Position numbers and translations under genes: made by a program. A model generated the notes under the pieces. The model ran no database searches and was not told where the DNA came from. It saw only the letters and a list, made by a program, of their open reading frames with translations. From an uncultured Bacilli bacterium (GTDB lineage: Bacteria > Bacillota_I > Bacilli_A > ML615J-28 > CAG-313): DNA of 64,000 bases. Below are positions 1-10,458 of this stretch, piece after piece. The stretch lies in the NCBI GenBank assembly GCA_944326155.1, contig CALVCV010000001.1, positions 194,664-258,663 on the forward strand, read 5' to 3'. Every line of letters starts with the position of its first letter. The first letter of the stretch is position 1.

Positions 1-951
1 GATGAGACAAATGAAGTAATTTTAGGAAAAGAACCTAAAAAGAAAATTGATGAAAATGATTTTGAACAAATTGCTATTTCAACTGGTTTATTAAAGGAAA
101 TTTTCGGCTTAAGTCTTGAAGATTTAGGTGAGAATCCTTTTGGCGATGCCTCAATGGACTATGCTTTATTAAATCCAGAAACCGCAAGTCCTGCAACCTT
201 TAATTTTTATGGTTATCGACGTGTCACTACTAATTTTTCTTGTCAAGTAGTGGGCATCATTGAAAGCGATGAACCTACAATTTATTTTTGTAATCCACAA
301 GAAACCAATATGTATTTTAATTATTTAAGAACTTCTTTTTCTGATTACAATAATTCTTCTAAAAATTTTGGTGGTACATTAACTGTTTTAATAAGTGATA
401 ATCAAGAAGATAATATTTCATTATATCAATCATTAAGAGAAAATAATATTACAATTGATAATTTATCTTATATTAAACTACAAGTCGTGAATCAATTCAT
501 CAATGATAATTTAATTTTATTCTTAGCACTTTTCTTTGCACTTTGCGTATTTAGTGTTTTAATGATTTTTAACTTTATAGTAGTCACAATTAAAAATAGT
601 ACAAAAGATATTGGTATTTATATGTCCTTAGGTATGAATGGCTTACGAATTTCCTTTATCTATTTATTTCAAATTCTAGTTGTAAGTACTATCTCATTTA
701 TTATATCTTTAATAGGTGCAATTATTTTTTTAAATCTATTAGATACTAATTTAAGTGCTGAAGCATCTAACTTAATCAATCAATACTATAATTTAAATAT
801 ATTACCTATTGATTTCCAAACGTTCAAAGTAACTTCTACTGGTATTACTATATCTTTATTAATCGCATATATTGTTCCAACCTTATCAGTAATAATACCT
901 CTTATCAATTTATCCCGTAAACGGCCAATTGATGTTTTAAAGGTTTCATAG
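1..951 (+). CDS. ABC transporter permease, FtsX-like C-terminal portion (5' end lies outside window)
   Basis: Frame is open from nt 1 into ORF 154..951; hydrophobic multi-TM FtsX-type region; immediately followed by a MacB-like paralog. Confidence 0.6.
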   Translation, partial: DETNEVILGKEPKKKIDENDFEQIAISTGLLKEIFGLSLEDLGENPFGDASMDYALLNPETASPATFNFYGYRRVTTNFSCQVVGIIESDEPTIYFCNPQETNMYFNYLRTSFSDYNNSSKNFGGTLTVLISDNQEDNISLYQSLRENNITIDNLSYIKLQVVNQFINDNLILFLALFFALCVFSVLMIFNFIVVTIKNSTKDIGIYMSLGMNGLRISFIYLFQILVVSTISFIISLIGAIIFLNLLDTNLSAEASNLINQYYNLNILPIDFQTFKVTSTGITISLLIAYIVPTLSVIIPLINLSRKRPIDVLKVS

Positions 952-961
952 GTGATTCGTT

Positions 962-3415
962 ATGATAAAATTAATTAATGTTAATAAATATTATCAATCT
1001 GGCAGTGAAAAAGTTCACGTTATTCGTAATTTAAGTTATGAATTTCCAGATACAGGTCTAATTTTTATTTTAGGGCCAAGTGGTTCTGGTAAATCTACTT
1101 TGTTAAATCTATTAGGTGGTTTAGATAAACCTGATAGTGGTCAAATATGGATTGAAAATCGTGAAATTTCAACTTTTACAAAAAAAGAACATAACTATTA
1201 CCTAAATAGTTATTTAGGATTTGTTTTTCAAGAATATAATATCTTAAAAGATTTAAATTTAAAACAAAATATTAGCCTTTCACTAGAAATCCAAGGCGTT
1301 AAAAAAAGAATTGCTGATAAGAAAATTAATGAAATTATTCAAGAAGTTGAATTAATAGGTCTTGAAAAACGTAAAGTAAATCAATTATCAGGTGGTCAAA
1401 AACAACGAATTGCCATTGCAAGAGCATTAGTTAAGGATCCAAATCTTATTATTGCTGACGAACCAACAGGTAACTTGGATAGTGAAACAAGCAGTAAAAT
1501 TTTTGATTTATTTAAAAAATTATCTAAAAATCGCTTAATTATTATTGTTACACATGATGAAGAATCGGCCAATTTATATGGTGATGCTATTTTAAAAATT
1601 GATACAGCAAGTATTGATCAACATGATGATACCGTAAATGAGAGCGATACCAAAGTGTCTTTAAAAAATACTGATATAGAATTTACTCATAAACTAATTT
1701 TACAAAAAACAAGAATTCCTTTAAAAACGGTCTTAAAATTAGCTTTTAAAAATATTGGAAAAAAATTTTTTAGATATTTACTGATGCTTTTGATTACTGT
1801 AATGAGTCTTACTTTTCTATCTTTTTCAATTGAATTAAATGGTGATAAACTTTATCAAAATGTTTACACAACAATTAATAATGGTGTTAACTATGCTGAT
1901 ATCTATCAATTTACAGCCGATAGTTCTACTATTGTAGCAGATGATTTTTATTCAAAATATAAATTAGGTAACTTAATGGATAATGCTTATGATATAATTA
2001 AACGTTTTGCTCCCGATTTAACCCTTCATAAATATCAAGAAGTTTCTATTAATTATGCTAAATATGGTCTTGAAAAAGCAAATTTCTTATATAGTGGTAT
2101 TTTAAACACAATCATCTATTATGATGAAACAAATACATATAATCTACTAGCTGGAAGATTACCAAATACTAATGACCCTGAAATTCTTATAACTGACTTC
2201 TTGCTTGATTCACTTAAAAATTTTGGTGTCGTTGATACAAATGCTACAATCTATAGTATACTAAATCAATATCTTGATTTAGGTTATGCAACAGATTTTA
2301 AAATTGTCGGTGTTGTTGAAACAAATTATCGTAAATGGATGCATCTTGCTAAATATAAACCTAATTATGTTATTGATGAATATGATAAAGCAATGCAAGG
2401 TTTTAAATATGATTATTTGATAATGAATTCTATTATTGTCGGTAATGAATATTACCACTATATCTTAGATAATAAATTTGATAACACAACTATTAAAGTA
2501 AATTCTTGCGAATTAAGTAACAATGATATTTCAATTTATCAAAATCAAAATATTTATGTAGGATCTATACCTACAAATCCAAATGAAATTGTTTTACCAC
2601 TTTCTATTGGTGGCAAATTATATCCCTCTTTTAGTACAAATACTTGGTGGTTAAGAACTTACATTATAGAATCGGAAACTTATGTTGAATTATCTACTTC
2701 AATAAATGATATTCAAATTGAAGGTAATGAATATTCTATTGCAACATTGGGACATTATAAAGTTGTTGGTTTTACTGATTCACAAGATTTTTTAATGTCA
2801 CCTGAAGGATATGATAATTATAAAGCTGCAGTCAAAGAATCAAAAGTTGATAAGGATCAGGAAAAAGTAGTTGTTGAATTATCAAATAATCCTGCAACTA
2901 CTTTAGCCCAATTTAGAGAATTATACAATAATGATTACCATTTTATAATTGATATTTTTACATATCAAAATTATATTGATAGCTATAATGTAGATCCAAT
3001 GATTAACTTTGCATCAAAAGGTGGTTTAATTTTCTTTACTATCCTTGCAATTGGTATTATGTGGACAATCATTTCAATTGAAATCGTAGATTCTCGAAAA
3101 GAAATTGGTATTATGCGCTCGATTGGACTAAGTGGTTATAAGGTTTCTTCGATATTTATCATCCAGTCATTATTTATTAATTTATTAGCTTTTATTATTT
3201 CAATTCCAATTGCAATGAAGTTAATTGAATTATATGGTAGTAATATAACCGATCCCTTAGGTGAAATTAACCTATCGCTATATACTTTAACTTATCGTTC
3301 ACCTATCGTTTTATTAGCTTTCACAATTTGTGTAACTTTTATTTCGACATTTATTCCACTCATAAAAATTATGTCACAAAAAATTATAAATATTATTAAT
3401 GAACGTGATAAATAA
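962..3415 (+). CDS. MacB-like ABC transporter, fused ATP-binding domain + FtsX-type permease
   Basis: Walker A GPSGSGKST, signature LSGGQKQR, Walker B IIADEPT, H-loop VTHD in N-terminal 220 aa; long periplasmic-type loop and C-terminal 4 TM FtsX region. Confidence 0.85.
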   Translation: MIKLINVNKYYQSGSEKVHVIRNLSYEFPDTGLIFILGPSGSGKSTLLNLLGGLDKPDSGQIWIENREISTFTKKEHNYYLNSYLGFVFQEYNILKDLNLKQNISLSLEIQGVKKRIADKKINEIIQEVELIGLEKRKVNQLSGGQKQRIAIARALVKDPNLIIADEPTGNLDSETSSKIFDLFKKLSKNRLIIIVTHDEESANLYGDAILKIDTASIDQHDDTVNESDTKVSLKNTDIEFTHKLILQKTRIPLKTVLKLAFKNIGKKFFRYLLMLLITVMSLTFLSFSIELNGDKLYQNVYTTINNGVNYADIYQFTADSSTIVADDFYSKYKLGNLMDNAYDIIKRFAPDLTLHKYQEVSINYAKYGLEKANFLYSGILNTIIYYDETNTYNLLAGRLPNTNDPEILITDFLLDSLKNFGVVDTNATIYSILNQYLDLGYATDFKIVGVVETNYRKWMHLAKYKPNYVIDEYDKAMQGFKYDYLIMNSIIVGNEYYHYILDNKFDNTTIKVNSCELSNNDISIYQNQNIYVGSIPTNPNEIVLPLSIGGKLYPSFSTNTWWLRTYIIESETYVELSTSINDIQIEGNEYSIATLGHYKVVGFTDSQDFLMSPEGYDNYKAAVKESKVDKDQEKVVVELSNNPATTLAQFRELYNNDYHFIIDIFTYQNYIDSYNVDPMINFASKGGLIFFTILAIGIMWTIISIEIVDSRKEIGIMRSIGLSGYKVSSIFIIQSLFINLLAFIISIPIAMKLIELYGSNITDPLGEINLSLYTLTYRSPIVLLAFTICVTFISTFIPLIKIMSQKIINIINERDK

Positions 3416-3416
3416 T

Positions 3417-3484
3417 AAAAAAGTATTAATCAACTAGATTTCGAGTTTTTCCTCGATTTCAAGGATGATTAATACTTTTATTTT
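3417..3484. terminator. bidirectional rho-independent terminator between convergent ABC transporter and AEC genes
   Basis: aagtattaatca ... tgattaatactt inverted repeat with inner cgag/ctcg stem, flanked by A-run and T-run. Confidence 0.5.
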
Positions 3485-4540
3485 TTAAAAAATAGGCAAT
3501 CGTAATACAAGTTTAACAATTATAAATAAAATTGGAAAGGTAAAAATAGATAGGAGAGTTGATAGAAAACAAACTCTACTTGATAATTCCATCTCATTGC
3601 TAAATTTTGCACAATATGTTGTAACTATTGCAGAAACTGGTGCTCCAAAACCAATAACCAAAATCATAATTGTGTATTCATCAAGATGAATAAGATGAAT
3701 TATTTGAAGTAAGACTAAAATGACTAGTGTAAAAAAAGGTACTGCTATTGTTCTTGCAAACGCGATAGACCAAGATAATTTATCGTTAAATGCTTCTTTA
3801 ATGTGCGATTCTCCTAATATACAACCTATTATTATCATAGCAAGGGGAGTAGTCAACTTTTCAGCTGCTAAAATAATCATATAAAGAGCTGGCAAAGTTT
3901 TATCAATTCTAAATATTGAAACAATTTCATCATTAATAGTCACCTTGGGCATGATTCCTTGTGTCATCCAAATTACCATACCTAGAATCATTCCAACCAT
4001 AATAGGGTTAAAGAAAAGACTTTTTAGAGTTATCTTAATATCTTTTTTAGTAAATTTCAAATGAGAAATTGCAAAATAACAATATACGTATACGATAATT
4101 CTAAAAGATAATGTCATCATATTAGCTGGAATCATAATTTGTGAATAATTATTACTATAAATTGTTTTCAAAACAGGAATGGAAAAAAAAGTGAGTTGAC
4201 CAACAGCCATAAATATGGCAATGACAGTTCTTCTATTATTCTCCATTTTGAATAAAACAAAACGTCCGATAATAATAAAGAAAATATAGAATAATAATGA
4301 AATAATAAAAACTAAAAAATCATCTACAAAATGATCACTATTAAATTCTGTCATAAATGCAGAAAAAGCAAGAGCAGGTAAAGCTATTTTTAAAACAATC
4401 GTCGTTAAAACTTCTTTACCATCATTATTTATTATATTTTTTTTTCTAAAAATAAATCCTAACAAAATAAAGCTAAGTGAAGTTAAAAAAGCACCTATAA
4501 AGTTTTCATCTGTTAGAATATTTTTTATAATTTCAATCAT
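3485..4540 (-). CDS. AEC (auxin efflux carrier) family membrane transporter
   Basis: 351 aa, ~10 TM, two-repeat permease topology typical of AEC/malate permease family. Confidence 0.6.
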   Translation of the reverse strand: MIEIIKNILTDENFIGAFLTSLSFILLGFIFRKKNIINNDGKEVLTTIVLKIALPALAFSAFMTEFNSDHFVDDFLVFIISLLFYIFFIIIGRFVLFKMENNRRTVIAIFMAVGQLTFFSIPVLKTIYSNNYSQIMIPANMMTLSFRIIVYVYCYFAISHLKFTKKDIKITLKSLFFNPIMVGMILGMVIWMTQGIMPKVTINDEIVSIFRIDKTLPALYMIILAAEKLTTPLAMIIIGCILGESHIKEAFNDKLSWSIAFARTIAVPFFTLVILVLLQIIHLIHLDEYTIMILVIGFGAPVSAIVTTYCAKFSNEMELSSRVCFLSTLLSIFTFPILFIIVKLVLRLPIF

Positions 4541-4580
4541 TCTTTCACCATGCTATTTGAATTTATTTTAAAAAAATTTT

Positions 4581-5525
4581 TTATTCATTTGTCATCATTT
4601 TATATTGCAAAACTTTAATTTTGTTTCTACTATTAATAATCATAAATATTGCCATAATAATAATCGCTATACTTACAACTGATCCAGTTGCCATATTTAA
4701 TGCCTTCATATCTGAATTATTTGAAAAAGTAGCAATTAAGGCAACTTGCAAAGACAAAATGGACATTGCAGCATCTGCTAAATTAATATTTCTAATTGAT
4801 TGCCATATCGGTTGATAATATTTTTGTACTTTAAAAATATTCAATATAGCAATAGTAATTTTATAAAAAGTATATGCAGAAACAACATAAATCAACATTC
4901 CAGCATAAATATGGTGTCTATTAGAAAATATCATTTCCCAAATAGAAATACTAATGCTTGGTACGATAATTAAAAAATCAATTCCAATATTTTGATATAC
5001 ACGCCATTTTTTAATTTCGCCAAGAATAGTTCCATCTAATTTAATATCATGCGTTTTGTAAATTATACCATCTTTTTTTAAAGCATTATAACGCATAAAC
5101 CATAAAATAGAGTGATACGCACAAAGTGAAGCATACCAAATTGACCTACCAATTAATGCCATTACGCCCTCAAAAATTGCATATGCTGCATTTGTAATAA
5201 AAGCTATAGTTGTTGTAATTCTTAGTCTAAATCCATAATCTGTTACATATCTTTTTGTAATAGGTGTAACACTTAATATTCTAATAATACATTTTTTAAT
5301 TTTGCGCTTATTTAAAATAAAGGTAAAAATAGTATAAAATACAGTTATTCCTGCAAATACGAAAATAATATTACTCAAAATTTCATTTATATCAATAATT
5401 AAAAAAACAATTGATATCATACAAAAGCCAAAAGTTATTAAATATATAAAAAATAAAAATAGTATAGGAGGATTTTTTAAAAATTTCCATATTTTTTTCA
5501 TATGTTTTCTCCTTTCTATTTTCAT
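4581..5525 (-). CDS. hypothetical polytopic membrane protein
   Basis: 314 aa, ~8 predicted TM helices, no recognisable motif. Confidence 0.45.
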   Translation of the reverse strand: MKIERRKHMKKIWKFLKNPPILFLFFIYLITFGFCMISIVFLIIDINEILSNIIFVFAGITVFYTIFTFILNKRKIKKCIIRILSVTPITKRYVTDYGFRLRITTTIAFITNAAYAIFEGVMALIGRSIWYASLCAYHSILWFMRYNALKKDGIIYKTHDIKLDGTILGEIKKWRVYQNIGIDFLIIVPSISISIWEMIFSNRHHIYAGMLIYVVSAYTFYKITIAILNIFKVQKYYQPIWQSIRNINLADAAMSILSLQVALIATFSNNSDMKALNMATGSVVSIAIIIMAIFMIINSRNKIKVLQYKMMTNE

Positions 5526-5736
5526 ATTTTTCCTTTTTTTGTCAAAATATATATTTATTATATCATATTTTATACAAAAATTTAATTTTTTAGTTTTATT
5601 TTTTAATATTTTTTCGTAAAATATATCTATATAAAAGTTATTTTAAAAATTTTACTTATGTTTTTTTGCTACTAAGTGTATCTTTGATCATTACAATTGT
5701 ACTAAATATCATCATTATAAGTGATATATAAAACTG

Positions 5737-6544
5737 CTAGTTTAATTGTTCACCCAAAATAATAAAACTAAAAGTTACTCCAAGAAAAGGTGCTATAGCA
5801 TAAAAAGCACTTGTTTTGGCAGTACCTAAATCATTTTGAGCCATTACATAAAAATTAATGCTTAAACCATAAGCAATAAAGCCAAGTAACATTATTACTA
5901 AGATATAAATTAAGTTAGGAATTGTTTCTTTTATTAGCATTGCAACGATGATACTTCCTATACCAGAAAAAATTCCCTTTATCAAAACAATTTCCATTGA
6001 ACTTTTATCACTAATATTTTTCGTACAATTATTTTCAATACCCCAGCAGATGCAAGCACCTATCACAAATAATGACCCTTTACTAAATGTAAGTGCTTCA
6101 TTACCTTCAAATTCTAGAATAACACTAGCCAAACTCACCATCAAAATTGCAAGCCATAAGCGTTCTGAGATTTTTTCTTTAAAAATTAATAAAGCAATAA
6201 TTGAAGTTGTAACAATTTCAAAATTATTCAATAATGAAACATTAGTTGCAGCTGTATTAGCTACACCATACATCAAAAGAATTGGCGCTATTATATCCAA
6301 TATGACCATAATAATCGCATGAGGTATATCTTTTTTGGCTAACCAACACTCATTATCAAACTTGAAAAAAACAATGTTTTGCCACCAACATAATACCCAT
6401 TCCAACACCAGCTCCTAGATATAAAAATCCAGCCATCATTGCTGGTTGTACTTCTTCTAATATTAATTTTGAAATTGGTACATTAATTGCATATAATGCT
6501 GCTGCCATAATGACAAAGAAAATTGCAAATTTCTTTTTACTCAT
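5737..6544 (-). pseudogene. EamA/DMT family transporter, disrupted by frameshift (two overlapping ORFs 6356..6544 and 5737..6408)
   Basis: N-terminal fragment (62 aa, 2 TM) and remainder (223 aa) are in different frames and overlap at a homopolymer A7 tract at 6365..6371. Confidence 0.5.
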
Positions 6545-6825
6545 ATCAAAAAATACTTCTTCTTAAATTTGTATATATTTTATAAACAATTAACCTTATT
6601 ATGATGTTATGATTAAATAAATATTAACTCTATTAGTTCTCACATATTTTAAGTTTTTTATAAAAGAGACTACTATTTGATTTATACTTTTTCATATTTA
6701 AATAGAATTTATTATGCTTCTCGTAGATATTCTATAACCATAATTCCAAAAATTATCAATAGTTTTTATTTTTATTTGCTTCAACAATTTTTTTAGGGAT
6801 ATTCTATCTTCGACGACTCTCAAAC

Positions 6826-8001
6826 TTATAACTTTTTACATAAAAACCGCTCTTTTTTAGAAAGCAGTATAACTGTCTCAATGTGATTGGTCCAACAAAA
6901 CATATCAACACATAAACCCGTCACAATATCATATTTTTTTTTAAGTATGTTTAAATCTCTAATCAATGTTTCAGGATTGCATGATACATAAATAATTTTT
7001 TTAGGTTTGATGGCAAGTACTGATTTCAAAAAATCACTAGTTGAACCACTCCTCGGAGGATCCATTATAATTGCATCAAGTTTTACTTTATTTTTTTCTA
7101 AATCTTGTAAAAAATGAGTAGCATCGTCGCATTTAAAATAGATATTAGTAATTTTATTCATCTTCGCATTTAAAATACCGGCTAAAACAGCTTGTTTATT
7201 GTTTTCAACACTGATTACTTCTTTTACATCTTGAGAAAGAATCATACCAATTGTACCAACTCCACTATAAGCATCAACAATTATTTCATCACCTTTAAAC
7301 TTGGCAAGTTCTCTAACTTTATTATATAATTTTAACGTTTGATATGGATTGACTTGATAAAAAGATTTTGATGTAATTCTAAAAAATAAATTTCCAATCT
7401 TATCAGTTATAAATCCTTCACCATATAATATTTGTTCTTTTTCGCCCAATACAATACTTGTTTTACGTGGATTTATATTTTGAATAATAGTCTTAATTTT
7501 AGGTGAAATACTACGAATTTTTTTCACAACAAGTGATCTAGAAGGAAAAATTTCACTTGCAGTAACAATTGTTATTAAAATTTCATTTGTAAAAAAAGCT
7601 TCTCTAATAATAACATATCTAAGTAATCCATTTTTTGAATCCTCATCATATGCCATAATATTCAGATTATGAAATATCTCTTTTAATTTTCGAAAAATTT
7701 CATTCTGTATATCAGTATGCATGATGCAATTATCAATATCTACTACTCTATGTGAATTTTCTTCATAAAAACCACTAAATAATTTCCCATTTTTATAGCG
7801 GTAACTAATAATCATTTTATTACGATATTTAATATTTTCATCTGCTGATATTAATTGAGAAACTTTGAATTGGAAATTGTTTTTTTTAAATAAATTGTTA
7901 ACTAAATTTTTTTTCAAACTTAATGTATCACTATAATGCTTATTTAATAATTGGCAATTTCCACATTTACTAAAATGTTTGCAAAAAACTTTTTTTACCA
8001 T
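6826..8001 (-). CDS. 23S rRNA (uracil-C5)-methyltransferase, RlmD/RumA family (class I SAM MTase with Fe-S cysteine cluster)
   Basis: CKHFSKCGNCQ cysteine cluster, SAM motif DAYSGVGTIG, MDPPRSG; ATG at 7999..8001 preferred over the TTG start (8047..8049) that begins the 6826..8049 ORF in the supplied track, which would overlap the upstream gene. Confidence 0.85.
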   Translation of the reverse strand: MVKKVFCKHFSKCGNCQLLNKHYSDTLSLKKNLVNNLFKKNNFQFKVSQLISADENIKYRNKMIISYRYKNGKLFSGFYEENSHRVVDIDNCIMHTDIQNEIFRKLKEIFHNLNIMAYDEDSKNGLLRYVIIREAFFTNEILITIVTASEIFPSRSLVVKKIRSISPKIKTIIQNINPRKTSIVLGEKEQILYGEGFITDKIGNLFFRITSKSFYQVNPYQTLKLYNKVRELAKFKGDEIIVDAYSGVGTIGMILSQDVKEVISVENNKQAVLAGILNAKMNKITNIYFKCDDATHFLQDLEKNKVKLDAIIMDPPRSGSTSDFLKSVLAIKPKKIIYVSCNPETLIRDLNILKKKYDIVTGLCVDMFCWTNHIETVILLSKKERFLCKKL

Positions 8002-8002
8002 G

Positions 8003-9244
8003 CTATTTCTCATTCCGAAGTTTTGTGAAAGCATCAATGGCTTGCGCAAATTGTGTTATAATTGTTGCTGTTTGGCCTTCTGTAGGTTTGAACTCAAAAT
8101 ATCCTTCATCATCAGGTATATCAAAATGACTTCTTACATCAAATGGAATTTGATGAATTGCGTTTAATTTAAAATCTTTTTTAATCTGGTTACCATTCAA
8201 TGTTCCTTCATAATACAATTCAGTAGCTGTTAAAACTACTTTCCCAGTACCTACTTTATTTAGGACATATTTAGTACTATCACCTAAATATAAATAAAAA
8301 TTTCCCTCCAAATGTAAGTTTTTTTCTTTTATTTGGGATATAATTTTATTTTCCTCATAATTATACCATACTTCTTCATTATCCATAGCAATATAATTAT
8401 CTCCAATACCTTCAAAACGACCATATTGATTCATTTTTACCATATTAGAACAATTTGTACATATTAATCTATCTTTGTCCGATATTATCCTATTCATTGA
8501 TTCACATTTTGGACACAAATATAACATATCCTCAAGTCCCGCAACGAGTGCTTTAGAACGAATCTTATATCCTAATTGTTTTATTACTTTTCTATCATCA
8601 ACACTGATAGAGGCAATCGTTTTTTCATAAAGTTCTTCATCAGTCAATTGTGTTAACTCTTCTTTATTAAATACTTTAATAAATTTTATGAATATGCGAC
8701 TTTTTCTAGGAAATTTACGCCATTTGGGATAAGCTAAATATGCGCCACATATTTGAATTGCATATACATCAACATTGCATAGTTTAATTAATTTTACAAT
8801 AGATTTATCAATAAAGAGGCTACCACCATGCATGGTTGTTTGTCCAGCTGGAGCAATAGTAACAGGTAATTTTTGTTGTAATGCTTTTTTAATCTTTTTA
8901 ATTGTTCCTATATCTGGTTTAAATTGATCTTTAGATATAGCACTTGCAAGTCGCAAAATTCTTTTTAATTTTTTGTTATAATAAAAATGACTTGAAACAA
9001 CATAAGCAGTACGTGTCAAACCAAATCCTATAGTAGCTAAAAAGTGATCTTGATTAGAAGCATGATTATAAATTACCAAACAACCTTCTTTTTTATTTCT
9101 TTTTTTAAATGCTTTTTTATCAACCTTTATACGATTTCGAAAAAACATATAAATTCTACTTCCTATAGAATATATAAACCATGCAAAAACATTCGGTTTT
9201 AAATTTTCATTCTTCTTACTTTTCTTTGGCATTTTCATCTCCAT
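8003..9244 (-). CDS. lysophospholipid acyltransferase (LPLAT/PlsC superfamily) with ~200 aa C-terminal extension containing a Cys4 zinc ribbon
   Basis: HxxxxD motif NHASNQDH; later CPKC...CTNC; 413 aa. Confidence 0.6.
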   Translation of the reverse strand: MEMKMPKKSKKNENLKPNVFAWFIYSIGSRIYMFFRNRIKVDKKAFKKRNKKEGCLVIYNHASNQDHFLATIGFGLTRTAYVVSSHFYYNKKLKRILRLASAISKDQFKPDIGTIKKIKKALQQKLPVTIAPAGQTTMHGGSLFIDKSIVKLIKLCNVDVYAIQICGAYLAYPKWRKFPRKSRIFIKFIKVFNKEELTQLTDEELYEKTIASISVDDRKVIKQLGYKIRSKALVAGLEDMLYLCPKCESMNRIISDKDRLICTNCSNMVKMNQYGRFEGIGDNYIAMDNEEVWYNYEENKIISQIKEKNLHLEGNFYLYLGDSTKYVLNKVGTGKVVLTATELYYEGTLNGNQIKKDFKLNAIHQIPFDVRSHFDIPDDEGYFEFKPTEGQTATIITQFAQAIDAFTKLRNEK

Positions 9245-9327
9245 ATATTTTTTATTTCGCGCTATTTATAGATTATACCATATATTAGTTTAAAAGTAAA
9301 CTAATCCGATTTTTAATAATTAGCCAT

Positions 9328-9360
9328 TTGCTTGCTTTTTTTTTGTTTTTATAATATAAT
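9328..9360 (+). promoter_or_regulatory. sigma-A-type promoter for tRNA-Leu
   Basis: TTGCTT (9328..9333 or 9332..9337) and TATAAT (9350..9355 / 9355..9360) 10-20 nt upstream of tRNA. Confidence 0.4.
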
Positions 9361-9370
9361 TAATTAAAAT

Positions 9371-9456
9371 GCCACTGTGGTGAAATGGTAGACGCGCTGG
9401 ACTCAAAATCCAGTGGTAGCAATACCGTGTCGGTTCGAGTCCGACCAGTGGCACCA
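9371..9456 (+). tRNA. tRNA-Leu (anticodon CAA), CCA encoded
   Basis: 7-bp acceptor stem GCCACTG/CAGTGGC, anticodon stem CTGGA/TCCAG with loop CTCAAAA, long variable arm, T-arm GGTTCGAGTCC, 3' ACCA. Confidence 0.85.
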
Positions 9457-9475
9457 TTTTCTATACTATTCGATT

Positions 9476-9507
9476 AAAAAGGTTTCTTTAAAAAGAAACC
9501 TTTTTTA
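9476..9507. terminator. bidirectional rho-independent terminator (tRNA-Leu / degV)
   Basis: aaaaaGGTTTCTTtaaaAAGAAACCtttttt. Confidence 0.6.
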
Positions 9508-9549
9508 TTTCATTTATAATTTTTTAACATGGTTTTCACAATTATCAAT

Positions 9550-10458
9550 TTATGCTTTTTTTATTCTATCAAATTTTTTAATAAATCCAACACCTAGTGG
9601 ATATGGTCCTGTGTGAACACCAATCGTTGCGCCAATTTGAATCAATAGAATGTCATCACGCTTAAATATTTCTTTTGATTTTTCATTATACGCCATGCCT
9701 TCTTCAATATCATATCCAAATCCTGTAATGAATTGATAGTCATCTGGATTTTCATTGTTTTCTTTAAAATAAGAAAGAGCAGCATCAGTTGCTTTTAAGA
9801 AAGATTTCTTTCTTGTAAAAGCAATGCCTGATGAAAAAATTTCTCCATCTTTTAATACAATGATTGGTTTAATTCGTAAAGTTGCACCAACGATTCCCGC
9901 AAGTTTACCAATTCTACCACCTTTTCGTAAATATTCTAAATTACCAACTGTAAAAAAGATTCGACCAGTCTTCTTAATTTCTTCAATTAATTGGATAGTT
10001 TCTTCATATGTTTTTCCCTCTTGACGCATTCTTGCAATTTCTAATACTAACAGACCTTGTACACCTGTATTAACCATTGAATCAATAACTGTAATTTTGG
10101 CATTAGGAAATTTTTCTAAACAATTATTTTTTGCAATGGATGCACTATTATAAGATCCACTAAATTTTGTTGTTATACAAACACAAATAATATCTTTTTT
10201 CTCTCTAATAAGATCTTTAAAAACTGTTTCATAATCAGCTACTGTTGGTAATGTAGTTTTTGGAAATAAATTCGTATCACCTACTAATTTCTCATAAAAA
10301 TCTCTAACGCCTAAGTCAACTTTTTCTTTTAAATATGTTTGCCCATCTAATGATACATAGAAAGGAACAATTTTGATGTCATATTTGCTAACTAATTCCT
10401 CCGGTAAATCACATGAACCATCACTAACAATTGCATAATTTAATTTTTTGTCTTTCAT
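9550..10458 (-). CDS. DegV family fatty-acid-binding protein
   Basis: 302 aa, N-terminal IVSDGSCDLP motif characteristic of DegV/FakB. Confidence 0.85.
   Translation of the reverse strand: MKDKKLNYAIVSDGSCDLPEELVSKYDIKIVPFYVSLDGQTYLKEKVDLGVRDFYEKLVGDTNLFPKTTLPTVADYETVFKDLIREKKDIICVCITTKFSGSYNSASIAKNNCLEKFPNAKITVIDSMVNTGVQGLLVLEIARMRQEGKTYEETIQLIEEIKKTGRIFFTVGNLEYLRKGGRIGKLAGIVGATLRIKPIIVLKDGEIFSSGIAFTRKKSFLKATDAALSYFKENNENPDDYQFITGFGYDIEEGMAYNEKSKEIFKRDDILLIQIGATIGVHTGPYPLGVGFIKKFDRIKKA

Noticed and set aside
4621-4815. 64-aa ORF antisense to the 4581..5525 membrane protein gene, plus similar short antisense ORFs at 7979..8167, 9824..10024, 10516..10728, 11620..11937, 12541..12741, 13336..13548, 14929..15138, 15637..15825, 23874..24128, 24964..25203, 26180..26452, 31411..31755, 32010..32225, 34531..34902, 38293..39040, 39118..39723, 41683..41895, 53219..53473, 54107..54325, 54888..55396, 55766..56032, 61335..61523, 63443..63706
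   Set aside because: Each overlaps a well-supported gene on the opposite strand or in another frame. None has a convincing RBS.
5948-6322. 124-aa ORF antisense to the EamA transporter gene
   Set aside because: Mirror-image hydrophobic translation of a membrane-protein gene. No RBS or promoter. Considered an artefact.
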